Part shown: positions 21,031-28,176 of the stretch, piece after piece
Layout of the letters: the number at the start of each line of letters is the position of its first letter
Numbering within the stretch: position 1 is the stretch's first letter
From: Planctomycetales bacterium
GTDB lineage: Bacteria > 4484-113 > JAFGCY01
Direction: 5' to 3'
Assembly (NCBI GenBank): GCA_022646745.1
Contig: CP060262.1
Span: 2,430,001 to 2,462,000, forward strand
DNA length: 32,000 bases
Position numbers and translations under genes: made by a program
The notes under the pieces: model-generated
The model's database searches: none
What the model was told of the DNA's origin: nothing
The model's input: only the letters and a program-made list of their open reading frames with translations

Positions 21031-22239
21031 ATGAGCTCTGCAAAACCGCATTTCACTGATCGTTTCGCCTCGCGGCTGGACGACTGCGGTACGGAGGATG
21101 CGTTCGTCGTGCTCGCCCAGGCCAAGGCGCTTGAGGCGCAGGGCCGCGACATCGTGCATCTGCAGATCGGTGAACCCGATTTCGACACTCCGCGCAACAT
21201 AATCGACAAGGCGCACTGGGCGCTGGACCACGGATATACCCACTACACCGGTTCCGCCGGCGCGATGGAGCACCGCGAGAAGTACGCCGAATACGTCTGC
21301 CAGCGCTACGGCGTGGAAGGCGTGACGGGCGAGAACGTGATCATCTACCCCGGCGCCAAGCCGATCGTCTTCCTGACCGCCATGGCGCTTGTCAATCCTG
21401 GCGATGAAGTGATCATCTTCGATCCGACCTACCCGGGTTATGAGGCTGCTGTGCAGCTGATGGGCGGCGTGATCAAGCGCCTGCCGCTGACTGAGGACAC
21501 GGGTTTCCGCTTCGACCATGAGCAGCTCAAGCAGCTCGTCAGCAGCAAGACCAAGCTGTTCTACCTGAACACTCCGCAGAACCCGACCGGTGGCGTACTG
21601 ACCCAGGGAGACCTGGACTTCGTCGCCGAGCTGGCCCGCGAGTACGGATTCTACGTGCTCAGCGATGAGATCTACAACCGCTTCGTGTACGAAGGTGAGC
21701 ATGCCAGCATGCTTAAGGTGCCTGAGTTCCGCGACCAGCTGATCTTCCTCGATGGCCATTCGAAGACCTATGCAATGACCGGCTGGCGCCTCGGCTTCAG
21801 CGTGACGAGTCCGGCGCTTGCCAAGCGCTTGACGCTTCTGGCAACAAACAGCTTCAGCTGCACCGCTGCCTTCACACAGGTGGCGGGCATTGAGGCGCTG
21901 CTCGGTGACCAGAGCGGCAGCCAGGCGATGATCGCCGAGTTCAAGGCGCGACGCAGCCTGATCGTGGATGGCCTCAACAGCATCCCCGGCGTGAGCTGCA
22001 CGATGCCCAAGGGAGCGTTCTACGTCTTCCCGAACATCAAGGAATACACCGTCAAGGCGGGACGTACGAGCCTCGACGTCCAGCGCTACATCCTGCAGAA
22101 CTACGGCGTGGCCCTGCTGGCAGGCACCTCGTTCGGAAAGAACGGCGAGGGCTACCTGCGCCTGAGCTATGCCAACAGCCGTGAGAACATCCAGAAGGCG
22201 ATCGACCTGCTGCGTGAGGCATTCGCCAGCCTGGCCTGA
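21031..22239 (+). CDS. pyridoxal-phosphate-dependent aminotransferase, class I (AspC-like)
   Basis: DIVHLQIGEPDFDTP is followed by the HYTGSAG region and SKTYAMTGWRLGF, which carries the PLP-binding Lys motif. I place the start at ATG 21031 (GGAGG 4-5 nt upstream) rather than the ORF-track 20992. Confidence 0.85.
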   Translation: MSSAKPHFTDRFASRLDDCGTEDAFVVLAQAKALEAQGRDIVHLQIGEPDFDTPRNIIDKAHWALDHGYTHYTGSAGAMEHREKYAEYVCQRYGVEGVTGENVIIYPGAKPIVFLTAMALVNPGDEVIIFDPTYPGYEAAVQLMGGVIKRLPLTEDTGFRFDHEQLKQLVSSKTKLFYLNTPQNPTGGVLTQGDLDFVAELAREYGFYVLSDEIYNRFVYEGEHASMLKVPEFRDQLIFLDGHSKTYAMTGWRLGFSVTSPALAKRLTLLATNSFSCTAAFTQVAGIEALLGDQSGSQAMIAEFKARRSLIVDGLNSIPGVSCTMPKGAFYVFPNIKEYTVKAGRTSLDVQRYILQNYGVALLAGTSFGKNGEGYLRLSYANSRENIQKAIDLLREAFASLA

Positions 22240-22619
22240 TGATGGATATGGGTCTCGGCAGGACAGTCAAGCTCGCATGCCTGGCAATGGCCGTGCTGAT
22301 GCTCGCGTCCTGCTTCGACCCGGAGCCGGCGACGATCACGGTCTCCTGCACCCTGCAGGGACTGCAGCGCAAGTGCGATATCCTGCTGCAGACCGCTGAC
22401 GGGAACGTGACGCGGCGCACGACGACGAACATCCGCGGCATCGGCGAATTCAAGTACATCCTGCCCGGGGATTATGTGCTGAAGTTCGTCGACGCCAAGG
22501 ACAAGGCCTGGCCTGCGGTGCGCGAAGTGAGCGTCAGGTCGGGCGAGGTGCTGCCTATCCGAGTTGAGCTGACGGAAACTGAAGCTCCGCAGGTAAATGC
22601 AGCCGTAGATGAGGCATGA
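22239..22619 (+). CDS. small lipoprotein, paralog of 19463..19846 and 22684..23031
   Basis: Lipobox MLASC. It has the same beta-sandwich pattern: IGEFKYILPGDYVLKF...VSVRSGEVLPIRVEL. Its ATG shares a base with the aminotransferase stop (TGATG). Confidence 0.5.
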   Translation: MMDMGLGRTVKLACLAMAVLMLASCFDPEPATITVSCTLQGLQRKCDILLQTADGNVTRRTTTNIRGIGEFKYILPGDYVLKFVDAKDKAWPAVREVSVRSGEVLPIRVELTETEAPQVNAAVDEA

Positions 22620-22627
22620 GCCCTGTT

Positions 22628-22656
22628 TTGCATTGCAAAACAGCATGGGCTAGAAT
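22628..22656 (+). promoter_or_regulatory. putative promoter (TTGCAT-N17-TAGAAT) embedded in a 21-nt palindrome
   Basis: The -35 lies inside the palindrome CTGTTTTGCA-t-TGCAAAACAG (22623-22643). The downstream gene has AGAGGTG before its ATG. Confidence 0.3.
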
Positions 22657-22683
22657 CTGGTCTCCAACCGCAAGAGGTGAAAA

Positions 22684-23031
22684 ATGAGGAAAATCGCATT
22701 AATCGGTCTGTTCCTGTTTGCCATCCTGTTCGCAGGGTGCGAGGACGAGGGCAGCGCTGAGATCAACGTGATCTGCAAGGATCGTGGACAGTCCAAGAAC
22801 GTCTGGGTCGAGGTCTACAACTCAAAGGGCGTGCAGGTCAAGCAGGTCAGCACCCAGGGTGGCATCGGCTACGTCACCGACCTGCCGGCAGGCACCTACA
22901 CCCTGAAGTTCAAGAATCACGATGACACCTATTTCTCCGCGATCAAGGTCGTGACCGTTGCCGACGGTGACTCGCGTCCGGTGGAGGTGGAGCTGAATGA
23001 TCCGCCCGATGAGGGTGGCTCAGTCCAGTAA
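22684..23031 (+). CDS. small lipoprotein with a carboxypeptidase-regulatory-like beta-sandwich domain
   Basis: Signal peptide plus Cys (ILFAGC). VWVEVYNSKGVQV...GGIGYVTDLPAGTYTLKF...VADGDSRPVEVEL. Confidence 0.55.
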   Translation: MRKIALIGLFLFAILFAGCEDEGSAEINVICKDRGQSKNVWVEVYNSKGVQVKQVSTQGGIGYVTDLPAGTYTLKFKNHDDTYFSAIKVVTVADGDSRPVEVELNDPPDEGGSVQ

Positions 23032-23055
23032 CGGGCTTTAGCTGAACAAGAGAAG

Positions 23056-23085
23056 ATGGCGGGAACTCTCCCGCCATTTTTTTTT
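23056..23085 (+). terminator. rho-independent terminator, probably bidirectional
   Basis: ATGGCGGGA-actc-TCCCGCCAT is a perfect 9-bp stem running into a tract of 9 T. It sits between the convergent genes ending at 23031 (+) and 23084 (-). The minus-strand side is followed by a T-rich stretch (tcttctcttgtt). Confidence 0.8.
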
Positions 23086-24325
23086 AGCCAAGCTGGCTGG
23101 CGATGCGCTTCTGCAGTGCCGCCGTCACATTGATTCCCCGGCCGCTGAGCTGCACCGCATCGCAGTCATTGAAACCTGCGAATCCGCGCAGCGTGGCGGC
23201 CAGTTCAGTTTCGAACTCAGCCGTGGCCTGGAAGCCGTCCTCCAGGTGCAGGGACTGCACTTCCAGCAGCTTCTCCCTGCGCCGGGCCTTGGCATCCAGC
23301 CTGCCGACGAAGCGCTCGCCAAACAGCAGCGGAAGGCTGAAGTAGCCGTACTGCCGCTTCGGCTGGGGCACGTAGCATTCGATCAGGTAGTCGTAGCCAA
23401 ACAGCACCTGCAGCCTGTCACGCAGGATCACCAGGTTGTCAAAGGGGGAGAGGATCGAGACCTGCTCCCGGCGCCTGCGATAGGCAGGCAGGCCCTCAAG
23501 CAGCTCTGGGAAGGCGTACCAGGTATGGCCGACCAGCCCCTCCACCTCTATGGCAACGATATTCCCCTTCGCCTGCATTGATGCGAGCTTTTCCTTCACT
23601 GGCACCAGCCGGCTGGTGCGCAGCATCTCACGGACCTCACGCTCCCTGGCAATCCCGTAGGCCCCGATCGTGCGCCGCACGATGAACTCAGCAAGTTCAT
23701 CCTCGTCTGGCTCAGTCCTGTCAAGGCCGTCCGGCAGCACTCGGTCGCGCAGGTCGTAGATGCGCTGGAAGCCACGGCGCTCGCTGACCATCAGCTCCCC
23801 GAGGCTCGTCAGCAGCTCGAGCGCGGACTTTGCCGGCTTCCAGTCCCACCAGCTGCCGCCCCGTGATCCATGTTCGTCGCCAAAATCCGCGCTGCTCATC
23901 GGGCCCTGCTGCTCGATGCGTTCGAGGATCGCCGGGAACAGCGCTTCATGCTTCCTGAGCGAGCGCGCAAAGGGGATGCCGGGACGCTCGCGGTAGCTGC
24001 GGGCCAGCGGCAGGTAGAAGCGGTAGTCCTCCATCGGCAGGAAGGAGGCTGCATGCCCCCAGTACTCGAACAGCTGGCGCTGCTTCAGCAGGGGGTACAG
24101 GGCACCATCACTGTAGGCCGGTACACGCGACCAGGTGGTGTGGTGGTGCGCCCGGTTGACAACGGAGATGCTGTCAATCTGCACGTAGCCCAGCCGCCTG
24201 ACGGTTTCAAGGACAGCGCCTGTGCCCTTGCCCAGCCCCTTGCGTGGCCCGAGCAATGCGCTGTCAACGGCGATGCGGCGTGCCTGGGCGAGGCTGATCC
24301 TGTGTGCTGCTTTTCCTGCCGTCAT
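23084..24325 (-). CDS. YcaQ/AlkZ-family winged-helix protein (putative DNA interstrand-crosslink glycosylase)
   Basis: ISLAQARRIAV...LGYVQIDSISVVNRAHHHTTWSRVP...LFEYWGHAASFLPMEDYRFY parallels the E. coli YcaQ N-terminal region as I remember it. I place the start at ATG 24325 rather than the ORF-track 24415, which would overlap the upstream permease gene. Confidence 0.7.
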   Translation of the reverse strand: MTAGKAAHRISLAQARRIAVDSALLGPRKGLGKGTGAVLETVRRLGYVQIDSISVVNRAHHHTTWSRVPAYSDGALYPLLKQRQLFEYWGHAASFLPMEDYRFYLPLARSYRERPGIPFARSLRKHEALFPAILERIEQQGPMSSADFGDEHGSRGGSWWDWKPAKSALELLTSLGELMVSERRGFQRIYDLRDRVLPDGLDRTEPDEDELAEFIVRRTIGAYGIAREREVREMLRTSRLVPVKEKLASMQAKGNIVAIEVEGLVGHTWYAFPELLEGLPAYRRRREQVSILSPFDNLVILRDRLQVLFGYDYLIECYVPQPKRQYGYFSLPLLFGERFVGRLDAKARRREKLLEVQSLHLEDGFQATAEFETELAATLRGFAGFNDCDAVQLSGRGINVTAALQKRIASQLG

Positions 24326-24347
24326 CCTGTCAATCCTACAGGTTGGC

Positions 24348-25562
24348 TCAGATTTCGCTTCGCAGGCAGGCCACTGGGTCCTGCTTTGCGGCACGCGCTG
24401 CGGGCCAGGAGCCAAAGATCAGGCCAACCGCAATACTGAACAGCGCTCCGAGTGCGATGGTGCGTGGGCTGACCCAGGGTTCCCATTCGGTGTAGTTGCA
24501 GTAGATGAACACGCCGAGCACCCCGAGCCCAATGCCGATCACGGCCCCGATCAACGCCTTGACACAGGCCTCGATCAGGAACTGGATGGCAACCTGCCCC
24601 TGGCTGGCCCCGACCGCGCGGCGGATGCCGATCTCCGGCCGGCGCTGGATCACCCGGATCAGCATCACATTCATGATGCCGATGCCCGCCACCAGCAGTG
24701 CAATGCTGGACACGCCCAAAAGCACCACCTTGAAGATCTCCAGCGCCTTGTCCATCAGCTTGACGGCGTCCTTCACTGTGAACACCGAGTAGCTTTCCTC
24801 GAGGATCTCACCATCGTTGAGTGTCGTCTGTAGTGCATCCCTCACTGCCGCCATGGCTTTTTCCTCGCCGACCTGCTGGCTATAGCGCACAAAGAAGCCT
24901 GTCACGCCGACAAAGCCGAGCAGCTCCTGCTCAACCTCCAGCGGCATGTAGGCAGCGTTGTCCATGTCCTCCATCCCGACCCGGCCGCGTGTTTTGAGTA
25001 GTCCGACCACCTTGAAGGGCTCGTCCCTGATCTGCACCTCGCGGCCGATGATGTCCTCATCCTCGCCAAACAGCGCTGCGGCAACACTGGGTCCGAGCAC
25101 AAGTACCTTTGACTGCTCTTCAATGTCCCCATCCTGCAGGAAGCGGCCCTTGTCAATCTCGTGCCCACGGGATTCCAGGAAATACTGGTTGATACCGAAC
25201 AGGGTGGTGTAGGACTGCTTTTCACCATTGAGGATGTAGCCGGGCAGCATCAGCGCCGGGGCCACATTCTCCACCTCCGGCAGCGGCTCGACCACACGCC
25301 AGCTTTCGTCCGGCAGCTGCACGCTGGCGCCCTTCATATTGGCAAAGGGCCCGGCCTTGAAGTCGATGTAGGGGGAGACCATGAACACGTTCGCACCGAA
25401 CTCGTTGATCATGCCCATCGTCTGGCGCCGTCCGAGGTCGGTGATGCTGATCAGCATGATCACATTGGCAACCCCGATCGCAACGCCGAGGATCGCCAGG
25501 CTGCTCTGCACGAGATAACGCCTGATCTGGACCATGCCCTGCCTGAGGAAGTACTTCAGCAC
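24348..25562 (-). CDS. ABC-transporter permease, MacB/FtsX family (no partner ATPase in the window)
   Basis: TM1 (SSLAILGVAIGVANVIMLISI) is followed by a periplasmic domain of about 220 aa and a C-terminal three-TM FtsX-type region (LLGVSSIALLVAGIGIMNVMLIRVIQRRPEIGIRRAVGAS). Confidence 0.8.
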   Translation of the reverse strand: MLKYFLRQGMVQIRRYLVQSSLAILGVAIGVANVIMLISITDLGRRQTMGMINEFGANVFMVSPYIDFKAGPFANMKGASVQLPDESWRVVEPLPEVENVAPALMLPGYILNGEKQSYTTLFGINQYFLESRGHEIDKGRFLQDGDIEEQSKVLVLGPSVAAALFGEDEDIIGREVQIRDEPFKVVGLLKTRGRVGMEDMDNAAYMPLEVEQELLGFVGVTGFFVRYSQQVGEEKAMAAVRDALQTTLNDGEILEESYSVFTVKDAVKLMDKALEIFKVVLLGVSSIALLVAGIGIMNVMLIRVIQRRPEIGIRRAVGASQGQVAIQFLIEACVKALIGAVIGIGLGVLGVFIYCNYTEWEPWVSPRTIALGALFSIAVGLIFGSWPAARAAKQDPVACLRSEI

Positions 25563-25644
25563 CGCGAGATAGTACTACCCGGCAGGGGCTTCGCCAGTCT
25601 TCCTGTCGCTATAATTCAGGAGGGATGAGACCTGCTGGTGCACG

Positions 25645-26271
25645 ATGAGACCACGCTACGATCCACGGCTGTTTATCGGGCTGACCACTTCGCGTACAGT
25701 CCAGAGCAAGCTTGAGGCCTGCCAGGCGGAGGTGCGCAAGCACCTGTTCAACTGGCACTTCATCCCGCCCACCAATTTCCATATCACCCTGCATTTCATT
25801 GGCGAGGTCAGTGAATCCCAGATCCCGGAAATTGACCGGGCGATGAACAGGCTCGGTTCACAGATGCCACCGTTCACTCTTGAATGGAACAGCGTGGATT
25901 TCTTCGGCGAGCCGGACAATGCTCGGGTGCTGTTCGTCGGGGCGGATCCCTGCCCGGAGCTGACGGAACTGACCACCCGGATCGCGGACATCATCCCCAC
26001 CAGGCGGGCCCGCAAGGAATTCCACCCGCACATCACGCTGGCCAAGGCGCGCAAGCAGATGGAGCCTGACACCAAGGTGATGAACGCCAACATGCTGCGC
26101 CGCCTGCGGGAGCACAACCGCATCGGGCCGGAGCCGGTGCAGATCGAATTCAGCACCGTGCACCGCGAGTTCATGCTGATGGAAACCGTCTGGGTCGGCC
26201 GTGTGGTGAGCTACGAGGTACGACAGCGCTATTCGCTGGAGGGCGGGGGAGCCAATAGCGGCGGCTACTGA
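25645..26271 (+). CDS. thpR: RNA 2',3'-cyclic phosphodiesterase (2H phosphoesterase, ThpR/LigT)
   Basis: RLFIGL at the N-terminus and two H-x-T-x motifs (FHITLHF and HPHITLAK) at the spacing expected for the 2H family. Confidence 0.8.
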   Translation: MRPRYDPRLFIGLTTSRTVQSKLEACQAEVRKHLFNWHFIPPTNFHITLHFIGEVSESQIPEIDRAMNRLGSQMPPFTLEWNSVDFFGEPDNARVLFVGADPCPELTELTTRIADIIPTRRARKEFHPHITLAKARKQMEPDTKVMNANMLRRLREHNRIGPEPVQIEFSTVHREFMLMETVWVGRVVSYEVRQRYSLEGGGANSGGY

Positions 26272-27464
26272 GCCCCGGTGATATCCGGCATGAACAGCTG
26301 CATCACGTGCAGTTCATTGCTGCCACGCGGCACCACCAGCAGCCGGTCATCATCCGAGACCTGGAAATGCTCGCAGTCACGCGACACGAGGTGCTTGTCC
26401 CCGGTCTGCAGGTTGATCAGCCAGAGCTGGCTGACGGTGTAGTTGTCGGTATTGCGCACGAGGATCAGGCCAGGCTCGGACAGGCAGGCGATGTCGAGCG
26501 GGGCATCACTGAGCGGCACCTGCAGGTTGCTGCCGAGGTGCCAGGTGTCGGCGCGGATGTAGTAGGGCGCCTCCTGGTCGCGGCTGGCGATGTGGCAGCC
26601 GACGCTGCCCCATTCCGCGTTGTCCGCCATCAAGAGCCCGCTGCGCTCATTGTCATAGCTCAGGGTCTGGTTGGCAACGTCCAGGATGGCGAGCCCGGGC
26701 CGGCTGCGGAACTCCCCGTTCTGCAGCTCCGCACTGGCCAGGCAATGCTGTGCGCCGGTTTCGCCTGACCACCAGATGCGCTTCAGGAAACTCAGGTCGT
26801 GCGTGCTGACCCGCCAGGCCTCTGCGCCGTTGAGCAGGTCGAGCACCAGCAGGCTGATCTCGCTTCCCTCGCTGTAGGCGTCATTGCTGAATACGGCGTA
26901 TCGGTCATCATCACTGAACAGGACATCGTGCACATGCATCCCGCCGGGTGGCTCGAAGCTCTTGCTGACGAAGAACGGCGGGTCGGAGATGTCGAGCAGG
27001 CGCCACTGGAACTGGCCCGCGCTGTCCCGCCAGTGCAGGAACATGTAACGGTGGCTGGGGGAAAGGCTCCAGGACAGGTTCAGGCATTCAGGGAAGCGCG
27101 CGATGTGCTCATTGAAGAAGGGCGGGCTGATGTACATCGAACGCTCGCCGCTGTTGTAGGTTACTGTCCACACGCATGCACCTTCCGGCCCGGCGGTCAG
27201 GCAAAGGTAGTGGTTGTCATCCAGCCAGGCGGCATTGCGGATCAACTCACCGGGGAAGGTGATGCGGTCCATCAGGCGGAACTGGGGTTCGGTCACGGCT
27301 GCGAACCTGCCGTCCTGCATGGGCGGTGGGCTGTCCAGCACCTCCGTCACGTCACCCTGCGCGAGGGCGGATCCGGCCGGCAGCGACAGGGCTGCAAGCA
27401 GCGTGATCAGGAGGGAAAACGCACAAAAAAAAGGCACCCGGAGCACCGTAACATTATCGGTCAC
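26265..27464 (-). CDS. secreted protein, probably a PD40/WD40-like beta-propeller (function unknown)
   Basis: Signal peptide FFCAFSLLITLLAALSLPAGSALA-QG. Recurrent degenerate PD40-like strands: LSPSHRYMFL, FSDDDRYAVF, VSDDDRLLVV. The GTG start lies inside a terminator hairpin, so the exact start is uncertain. Confidence 0.5.
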   Translation of the reverse strand: MTDNVTVLRVPFFCAFSLLITLLAALSLPAGSALAQGDVTEVLDSPPPMQDGRFAAVTEPQFRLMDRITFPGELIRNAAWLDDNHYLCLTAGPEGACVWTVTYNSGERSMYISPPFFNEHIARFPECLNLSWSLSPSHRYMFLHWRDSAGQFQWRLLDISDPPFFVSKSFEPPGGMHVHDVLFSDDDRYAVFSNDAYSEGSEISLLVLDLLNGAEAWRVSTHDLSFLKRIWWSGETGAQHCLASAELQNGEFRSRPGLAILDVANQTLSYDNERSGLLMADNAEWGSVGCHIASRDQEAPYYIRADTWHLGSNLQVPLSDAPLDIACLSEPGLILVRNTDNYTVSQLWLINLQTGDKHLVSRDCEHFQVSDDDRLLVVPRGSNELHVMQLFMPDITGAQ

Positions 27465-27477
27465 GGAGCCGGGTGCC
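27425..27477 (-). terminator. intrinsic terminator/attenuator after acpP, overlapping the start of the next gene
   Basis: Minus strand: GGCACCCGG-(27-nt loop with an inner ACCG/CGGT pair)-CCGGGUGCC followed by U8. It begins 19 nt after the acpP stop. Confidence 0.6.
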
Positions 27478-27495
27478 GGCTGATTCTGGTCTTGT

Positions 27496-27729
27496 TCAGC
27501 TCTTGAGGCGGTCGATGGCGTTCACGACGTCACTGACGGTCTTGAACTGCTCGGTGTCCTCATTCGCGAAGTCGATCTGGTACTGCTCCTCGATAGCCAT
27601 CACGAGGTCGGCCAGGTCAAGGGAGTCGGCTCCCAGGTCGTCGATGAAGCTGGATTCAGGCTTTACATCGGCGGCGTCAACGGACAGCTTCTCCGAGATC
27701 AGCTGCTGGACATCATCAAAAGTAGCCAT
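27496..27729 (-). CDS. acpP: acyl carrier protein
   Basis: 77 aa. DDLGADSLDLADLVMAIEEQY carries the phosphopantetheine-attachment Ser in the DSL motif. Confidence 0.93.
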   Translation of the reverse strand: MATFDDVQQLISEKLSVDAADVKPESSFIDDLGADSLDLADLVMAIEEQYQIDFANEDTEQFKTVSDVVNAIDRLKS

Positions 27730-27759
27730 AGTTACTCCCCTGGCAGAAGAATAGGTGAT

Positions 27760-27975
27760 TTATTCGTCGTCAGCTTCACGCTTGACGCGGTCACGCTTGA
27801 CGAATACCTGGCGTCCACTGTACCAGCCACACTCCGGGCAGGCGAAGTGCATGCGCTTCGTCGCGGCGCAACGAGGGCACTTGTTCATCTCAGGCTTACT
27901 GATCTGGCTGAGAAAGTTTGCCGCCCGCCTGCTGCGGGTATGGCTACGTCGAGTTTTGTACTTTGGTAATGGCAT
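27760..27975 (-). CDS. rpmF: 50S ribosomal protein L32
   Basis: MPLPKYKTRRSHTRSRRA... together with CPRC...CPECG zinc-ribbon cysteines and GWYSGRQV. Confidence 0.93.
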   Translation of the reverse strand: MPLPKYKTRRSHTRSRRAANFLSQISKPEMNKCPRCAATKRMHFACPECGWYSGRQVFVKRDRVKREADDE

Positions 27976-28002
27976 GGTTGGACCGCCGAATTAGAGCATA
28001 CG

Positions 28003-28030
28003 ATTATACAGTTATCACGGAGAGTGTCAA
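28003..28030 (-). promoter_or_regulatory. consensus sigma-70 promoter of rpmF
   Basis: Minus strand reads TTGACA-N16-TATAAT, with both hexamers perfect. The predicted transcription start is about 20 nt upstream of the rpmF ATG. Confidence 0.6.
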
Positions 28031-28116
28031 CTTCATTTGAGCGATATTTCCTGATTTCCACTCGCTTCACAGGAAACACACGGTGAGTCTCAAAGAGAAT
28101 TGTTAATGCTACATAG

Positions 28117-28136
28117 TTATCCACAGGTTATACACA
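28117..28136 (+). promoter_or_regulatory. two tandem DnaA boxes
   Basis: TTATCCACA (28117-28125) is the perfect consensus. TTATACACA (28128-28136) fits TTATNCACA. They share orientation, are 11 bp apart start to start, and abut the -35 of the putative OMP-gene promoter. Confidence 0.5.
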
Positions 28137-28165
28137 TGGACTTTAAGGCATCTATACAATATAAT
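28137..28165 (+). promoter_or_regulatory. putative promoter of the outer-membrane protein gene
   Basis: TGGACT-N17-TATAAT. The -10 ends 11 nt before ATG 28177, implying a leader of only 4-5 nt. Confidence 0.3.
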
Positions 28166-28176
28166 GAGCACTTCCA

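Noticed and set aside
25618-25648. Duplicated GATGAGACC motif creating a 7-codon mini-ORF (MRPAGAR-stop) whose TGA overlaps the thpR ATG, with AGGAGGG immediately before the first ATG and TATAAT at 25610-25615
   Set aside because: It could be a leader peptide or re-initiation device. However, the SD spacing is poor for both ATGs (0 and 20 nt) and nothing else supports a function. It may be coincidental, or the start assignment may be off. Ribosome profiling would be needed.
27976-28176. Calling this intergenic region the chromosomal origin (oriC)
   Set aside because: It has only two strong DnaA boxes in 200 bp, no dnaA, dnaN or gidA context, and no obvious repeated AT-rich 13-mers. Part of the AT-richness is simply the consensus rpmF promoter. 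I report it as DnaA boxes, not as oriC.
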